Origin: an uncultured virus (IMG/VR IMGVR_UViG_3300020255_000001)
Taxonomy: Duplodnaviria > Heunggongvirae > Uroviricota > Caudoviricetes > Kyanoviridae
Reading direction: 5' to 3' (one strand)
DNA length: 20,000 bases
IMG/VR virus record: IMGVR_UViG_3300020255_000001
In this document: positions 15,656 to 20,000 of the stretch, piece by piece
How positions within the stretch are numbered: the stretch's first letter is position 1
Layout of the letters: every line of letters starts with the position of its first letter
The notes under the pieces: generated by a model
Database searches by the model: none
What the model saw: the letters and a program-made list of their open reading frames with translations, nothing else
Told to the model about the DNA's origin: nothing
Translations under genes and position numbers: made by a program

Positions 15656-18439
15656 ATGGCATCCACCCAACTTTCACCAGGGGTCGTTGTACTTGAGAAG
15701 GATCTGACAACAGTTGCAAATGCAACTTTAGATAATGTGGCAGTGATTGTTGGTTCCTTTGAAAAGGGTCCTGTTAACAAGATTGTTGACATTACAAGCG
15801 AGAAAGAATTACTTTCTATCTTTGGTAGACCTAATGATTATAACTACGAATACTGGTTTAGTGCATCACAGTTCCTACTCTATGGCGGTACATTAAAAGT
15901 TATTAGAGCAGAAGCAAGTGCACTTAAAAACGCAATAGATACAGCACAAACAACTCAGACTGTATTTTCTGGTTCAGACACAACTCTTACAGTTCAAAAC
16001 AGTACAGACTTTGCTCAGAACGATTTCATATTAATCGACGCTGAAATTCTACAAGTAACTGCTGTTAACAGTAATGACCTTACAGTTCTACGTGGACAGT
16101 TAGCATCTGCTGCTACTTCACACGCTGCGGGATCTGCGGTCACATTAATTGAAGCAGCAGGAACTTCAACCACTATAAACGAAGGTGGAACACTTAGTGC
16201 TGCTGATACAACAATTACTGTTTCTGACGCAGGTACTCTTGGCGTACAGTTAAATGACTACTTAAAGATTGAAGATGAGATAGTACGTGCATCTGCAATC
16301 GTTGGAAACAACATAACAGTAACACGTGGAGAACTAAGCACAACCGCTGCATCTCATACAGACGGTGTTGCTATTAGTCGTCTAACAGTTACAGTCGGTA
16401 AGACATCTATCAACGAAGTAACAACAACTGGTGTTACTGCACCTCTTATCAAAAACATTGAGCAGTATGAAACAACTGTTGAAACTGCTGCTAATGCTTG
16501 GAAGTGGGGTTCAAGATTCCCTGGAATCTATGGTAACTCTATAAGAGTTGTAATGACAGATGCAGGTCCAGATCAAATCTTATCACTTGCAGAACCAACA
16601 TCTGCTGAGTGGGACTTTTCAGATATAATTACAAACTCAACTAATGTAGTTTACAACTTAGGAAACTCACAGGCAAAAGTATTTTCCTACACAATGGTCG
16701 TAACATTTGATGCAACTACAATCAATGGTGACTTCAAAAAAGATGAATACTGGAGAGCAGAGAGTTCTACAGGATCATCCGTTGACGTTCTTGGTCAAGT
16801 TGTAGCATACGATCCTGTAACAAGAAAGATTGAACTTAGCGTAGACTACGCCCAGTCATCTGACTTCTTACAAATAGGTGACGTTATTGCACTATGGGAT
16901 GCAGCATCAGGTGGTAACAGAACTGGTGACAAAGCAACAGTACAAAGTGTTGAGCGTCAATTACGTGTTGTAAACGCAGCAGGTTCAGAAAACTTTGCAG
17001 CAAACTACACAATAGATGATGACAACACTTCTGGTGGTGGTATTCAAATCTTAAGTGTACGTTCAGATTACGAAGAGCGTTACTATGGTGGTGAGCAAAA
17101 ATGGATCAACATTGCTCCACGTCCTACAACTTCTCCTTGGGTTTCAGATCGTGGTGGTGACAACGACCAGATGCACATCCTTGTACTTGATGGAGACGGA
17201 AAACTAACAGGAACTCCTGGATCACTTCTTGAGAAATTCCTATTTGTTTCTAAGTCCACAGATGCTAAAGGTGTACAGGGCGAAACACTATACTACAAAG
17301 ACGTTATTAAAGCAAACTCAGCATACATTTACTGGGGTAGTCACGAAGGATCATCTATAATGGATGTTGACGGTGCTGCTAATGGTGGATTTGGTTTATC
17401 AGGTGTGTCTCGTTCATTCGATCTTATCAAATACGGAACACCTCTTAAGACTAAAGAAACAAATTTAGGTCGCGAAATCATTGGTACAACTAACGGATCA
17501 ACTGTTAAGTACACACTACAAGGTGGTGTTGACGGATATACAGTTGCTCGTTCTGACATCCTTGGAGGTTATGACCTCGTAGGTGATAAGGAAACAGTTG
17601 ATGTAGATTACATCTTAATGGGTCCATCAATGGCAAGCACTAATGATACTGTTGCTAAAGCACAGAAGATCATTGACATTGCTGCAACTCGTAAAGATTG
17701 TATCGCATTTGTTTCTCCATCACGCGGAGACATTATTGGTCAGTCTGACACAAATGTAATTGTGAACAAGACTATCGATATGTACGAGCAATTAGGTAGT
17801 ACATCTTACGCGGTATTCGATAACAACTACAAATACATCTATGACAAGTATAACGATCAATATCGTTACATTCCTTGTAACGCAGACGTTGCAGGTCTTG
17901 TATTAGGTGCAACATTAAATTCAGAAGCGTGGTTCTCACCCGCAGGATTTAACAGAGGACAGTTACGTAACGCAATCAAACTTGCTTACTCTCCTCTAAA
18001 AGATCATAGAGACAAACTCTATGCTGCAAGAGTCAACCCAATCGTATCATTCCCAGGTCAGGGTATTGTACTATTCGGTGACAAGACTGCACTTTCATAT
18101 CAATCAGCATTCGATAGAATTAACGTTCGTCGCTTGTTCTTGGTACTAGAAGATGCAATCTCAGACGCAGCGAAAACACAACTATTTGAACTCAATGATG
18201 AGTTTACACGTTCTTCATTCAAGAACATTGTAGAACCATTCTTGCGTTCCATACAATCTCGTCGCGGAATCGTTGATTTCTTGGTCGTTTGCGATACGAG
18301 CAATAACCCACCTGAGGCTATAGATAGAGGAGAGTTCTTCGCGGAGATATTCGTGAAACCAACACGCTCTATTAACTACATTACATTAACCTTCACTGCA
18401 ACTAGAACTGGTTCTAGTTTCTCTGAAGTAACTAACTAA
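15656..18439 (+). CDS. gp18: Contractile tail sheath protein gp18 (927 aa, with extra inserted domains)
   Basis: LSPGVVVLEKDLT N-terminus, FEKGPV, PGIYGNSI, RKDCIAFVSP, WFSPAGFNRG, FGDKT, AFDRINVRRLF, FELNDEFTR, KPTRSINYITLTF.ATRTG..F.E. Confidence 0.97.
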   Translation: MASTQLSPGVVVLEKDLTTVANATLDNVAVIVGSFEKGPVNKIVDITSEKELLSIFGRPNDYNYEYWFSASQFLLYGGTLKVIRAEASALKNAIDTAQTTQTVFSGSDTTLTVQNSTDFAQNDFILIDAEILQVTAVNSNDLTVLRGQLASAATSHAAGSAVTLIEAAGTSTTINEGGTLSAADTTITVSDAGTLGVQLNDYLKIEDEIVRASAIVGNNITVTRGELSTTAASHTDGVAISRLTVTVGKTSINEVTTTGVTAPLIKNIEQYETTVETAANAWKWGSRFPGIYGNSIRVVMTDAGPDQILSLAEPTSAEWDFSDIITNSTNVVYNLGNSQAKVFSYTMVVTFDATTINGDFKKDEYWRAESSTGSSVDVLGQVVAYDPVTRKIELSVDYAQSSDFLQIGDVIALWDAASGGNRTGDKATVQSVERQLRVVNAAGSENFAANYTIDDDNTSGGGIQILSVRSDYEERYYGGEQKWINIAPRPTTSPWVSDRGGDNDQMHILVLDGDGKLTGTPGSLLEKFLFVSKSTDAKGVQGETLYYKDVIKANSAYIYWGSHEGSSIMDVDGAANGGFGLSGVSRSFDLIKYGTPLKTKETNLGREIIGTTNGSTVKYTLQGGVDGYTVARSDILGGYDLVGDKETVDVDYILMGPSMASTNDTVAKAQKIIDIAATRKDCIAFVSPSRGDIIGQSDTNVIVNKTIDMYEQLGSTSYAVFDNNYKYIYDKYNDQYRYIPCNADVAGLVLGATLNSEAWFSPAGFNRGQLRNAIKLAYSPLKDHRDKLYAARVNPIVSFPGQGIVLFGDKTALSYQSAFDRINVRRLFLVLEDAISDAAKTQLFELNDEFTRSSFKNIVEPFLRSIQSRRGIVDFLVVCDTSNNPPEAIDRGEFFAEIFVKPTRSINYITLTFTATRTGSSFSEVTN

Positions 18440-18453
18440 TCAAGAGACTAACA

Positions 18454-19125
18454 ATGGCAGAAGCACAACCAGGACAGGTACAAGGTGCAAATATAAAAGC
18501 ACCTATCTTTACCTTCCGAGATAACGTAAAGGACTTTGCACGTCCTAATCTGTTCCAAGTTGAAGTGTTTGCACCTCCTGTTTTACAGGATGCAATTACA
18601 CCCCAACCTGGTGGAGTAAGTGGATCAACCGCAGAAGTTTTAGAAACATCAGCGGGTGGTTCACAATTAAACGCAGCATCAGCAAATGCGTTTGGTACAT
18701 TCCTTGTAAAGGCAGCAAACATTCCTGCATCAGTTGTAGGAGTTGTTAACGTTCCTTACAGAGGAAGACAATTAAAAATTGCAGGTGATAGAACCTTTGA
18801 ACCTTGGACAGTAACTGTACTTAATGATCAGTCATTTAAGTTCAGAGCATTCTTCGAGGCGTGGTCATCTAACATCCAAGCACTACAACAAAACTTCCAA
18901 AACTCAAATACTATTGCAGACTATCAGTCTACAGCAAAAGTTCGTCAGATGGATCGTAAAGGAAACATCATCAGAACTTATAGATTTGAAGGTATCTGGC
19001 CAAGCAACATTAGTGCTATCGAACTTGACTGGGGAACAAATGACACTCCAGAAGAGTACACTGTAGAGTTCCAAGTACAATACTGGACATACGATACAGA
19101 CGTAGATAGCGGAAACCAGTCATAA
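18454..19125 (+). CDS. gp19: Tail tube protein gp19
   Basis: ARPNLFQVE, FLVKAANIPAS.VG...VPYRGRQLKIAGDRTFEPWTVTVLND, FEGIWPSNISAIELDW, EEYTVEFQVQYW. Confidence 0.96.
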   Translation: MAEAQPGQVQGANIKAPIFTFRDNVKDFARPNLFQVEVFAPPVLQDAITPQPGGVSGSTAEVLETSAGGSQLNAASANAFGTFLVKAANIPASVVGVVNVPYRGRQLKIAGDRTFEPWTVTVLNDQSFKFRAFFEAWSSNIQALQQNFQNSNTIADYQSTAKVRQMDRKGNIIRTYRFEGIWPSNISAIELDWGTNDTPEEYTVEFQVQYWTYDTDVDSGNQS

Positions 19126-19143
19126 AAGGCGGTTTCTTACCTC

Positions 19144-19151
19144 GCTAAATA
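19144..19151 (+). promoter_or_regulatory. Putative late promoter GCTAAATA for gp20
   Basis: Intergenic CTAAATA variant of the T4 late promoter, ~26 nt before ATG 19177. Confidence 0.6.
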
Positions 19152-19176
19152 GTTACGTAGAACAGGTACATAGTTA

Positions 19177-20000
19177 ATGTCTCAACTTTTTGGTTATTCT
19201 CTTGAGCGTGCGAAGAAGGGTCAGAGTAATGGTCCTTCTTTTGTGCGTAAAGAATCTGATGATGCTGCAACTCCCGTAGCAGGTGGTGGTTATTTTGGAA
19301 CCGCTATTGACTTAGATGGTAGTTATAAAGACGAATCAGATCTTATTAGACGATATAGAGAAATGTCCATTCACCCAGAGTGTGATAGGGCAGTGGATGA
19401 TGTTGTCAATGAGGCAATCGCAGGTGACAGAGATGATAGTCCCGTAGATGTAGACCTAGCAAACCTAGAAGTAAGTGCAGCGATACGCAAAAAAATCAGA
19501 GATGAGTTTCATAACGTTCTCAGATTACTAGATTTTGATAAGAAAGCATACGATATATTCCGCAGATGGTACATAGATGGAAAGTTATATTATCATAAGG
19601 TCATTGATACTAAAAATCCTCGTCGTGGTATTACAGAGTTAAGGTACATTGACCCCCGTAAGATTCGTAAAGTAATAGAATTTGAAGCAAAGAAAGATAG
19701 ACAGTTTGTAGATCCACGCACAATGGAATCTTTGACTGCACCTAGATCAGCAGAATATTACGTTTACAATCAAAAAGGTTTACGTGGTCTTGAAACTACA
19801 GGGATCAAGATTGCATCTGATGCTATTGCTTTCTGCCACAGTGGTTTGAAAGATATGAATAAGAATGTGATTATGTCACATTTACATAAGGCAATCAAAG
19901 CACTCAATCAACTTAGAATGATTGAAGATAGTCTTGTGATCTATAGATTATCAAGAGCACCAGAACGTAGAATATTCTACATTGATGTAGGTAATCTACC
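19177..20000 (+). CDS. gp20: Portal vertex protein gp20 (3' truncated by window; absent from the ORF track)
   Basis: Own translation: MSQLFGYSLERAKK...DLIRRYREMSIHPECDRAVDDVVNEAI...IFRRWYIDGKLYYHKVID...LRYIDPRKIRKV...SHLHKAIKALNQLRMIEDSLVIYRLSRAPERRIFYIDVGNLP. These are signature g20 motifs. Confidence 0.97.
   Translation, partial: MSQLFGYSLERAKKGQSNGPSFVRKESDDAATPVAGGGYFGTAIDLDGSYKDESDLIRRYREMSIHPECDRAVDDVVNEAIAGDRDDSPVDVDLANLEVSAAIRKKIRDEFHNVLRLLDFDKKAYDIFRRWYIDGKLYYHKVIDTKNPRRGITELRYIDPRKIRKVIEFEAKKDRQFVDPRTMESLTAPRSAEYYVYNQKGLRGLETTGIKIASDAIAFCHSGLKDMNKNVIMSHLHKAIKALNQLRMIEDSLVIYRLSRAPERRIFYIDVGNL

Noticed and set aside
416..19066. Other short nested or antisense ORFs in the track (416-823, 1541-1723, 1693-1917, 4745-4927, 7548-7796, 8538-8792, 11109-11303, 11288-11518, 12568-12882, 14002-14328, 14467-14857, 17341-17559, 18100-18303, 18432-18722, 18824-19066)
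   Set aside because: All lie within well-supported conserved genes in other frames and show no motifs or initiation signals.
19112..19140. GAAACC...GGTTTC hairpin at the gp19 stop as a terminator
   Set aside because: The stem is short and imperfect with no real U-tract, so it is too weak to call.

Overview
This window is a late (virion morphogenesis) gene cluster of a T4-like marine cyanomyovirus. It is AT-rich, so a Prochlorococcus-type host is likely (inferred), and all real genes lie on the + strand. The order is: a >2000-aa tail-fibre-like protein (start upstream of the window), a small Trp/acid-rich ORF, gp13, gp14, gp15, gp16, an accessory island, gp17, a C4 Zn-finger ORF, an enlarged gp18 sheath, gp19 and gp20 portal (runs off the end). 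The island holds a 182-aa beta-rich protein, an unannotated 47-aa C2HC Zn finger, a 632-aa basic modular protein, a 2OG-Fe(II) oxygenase, an unannotated 57-aa membrane protein, an SNase-like nuclease and pcyA. T4-type late promoters (N[A/C]TAAATA) precede gp15, the island, gp17, gp18 and gp20. Three observations stand out. (1) The 632-aa basic protein looks like a capsid-targeted polyprotein cut by the prohead protease into about 10 peptides. (2) By manual scan, CATG, GCGC and CCGG are absent and RGCY nearly absent while GATC is common, suggesting a restriction-modification avoidance fingerprint. (3) The host-derived bilin reductase pcyA is coupled to the terminase gene and carries its probable late promoter.
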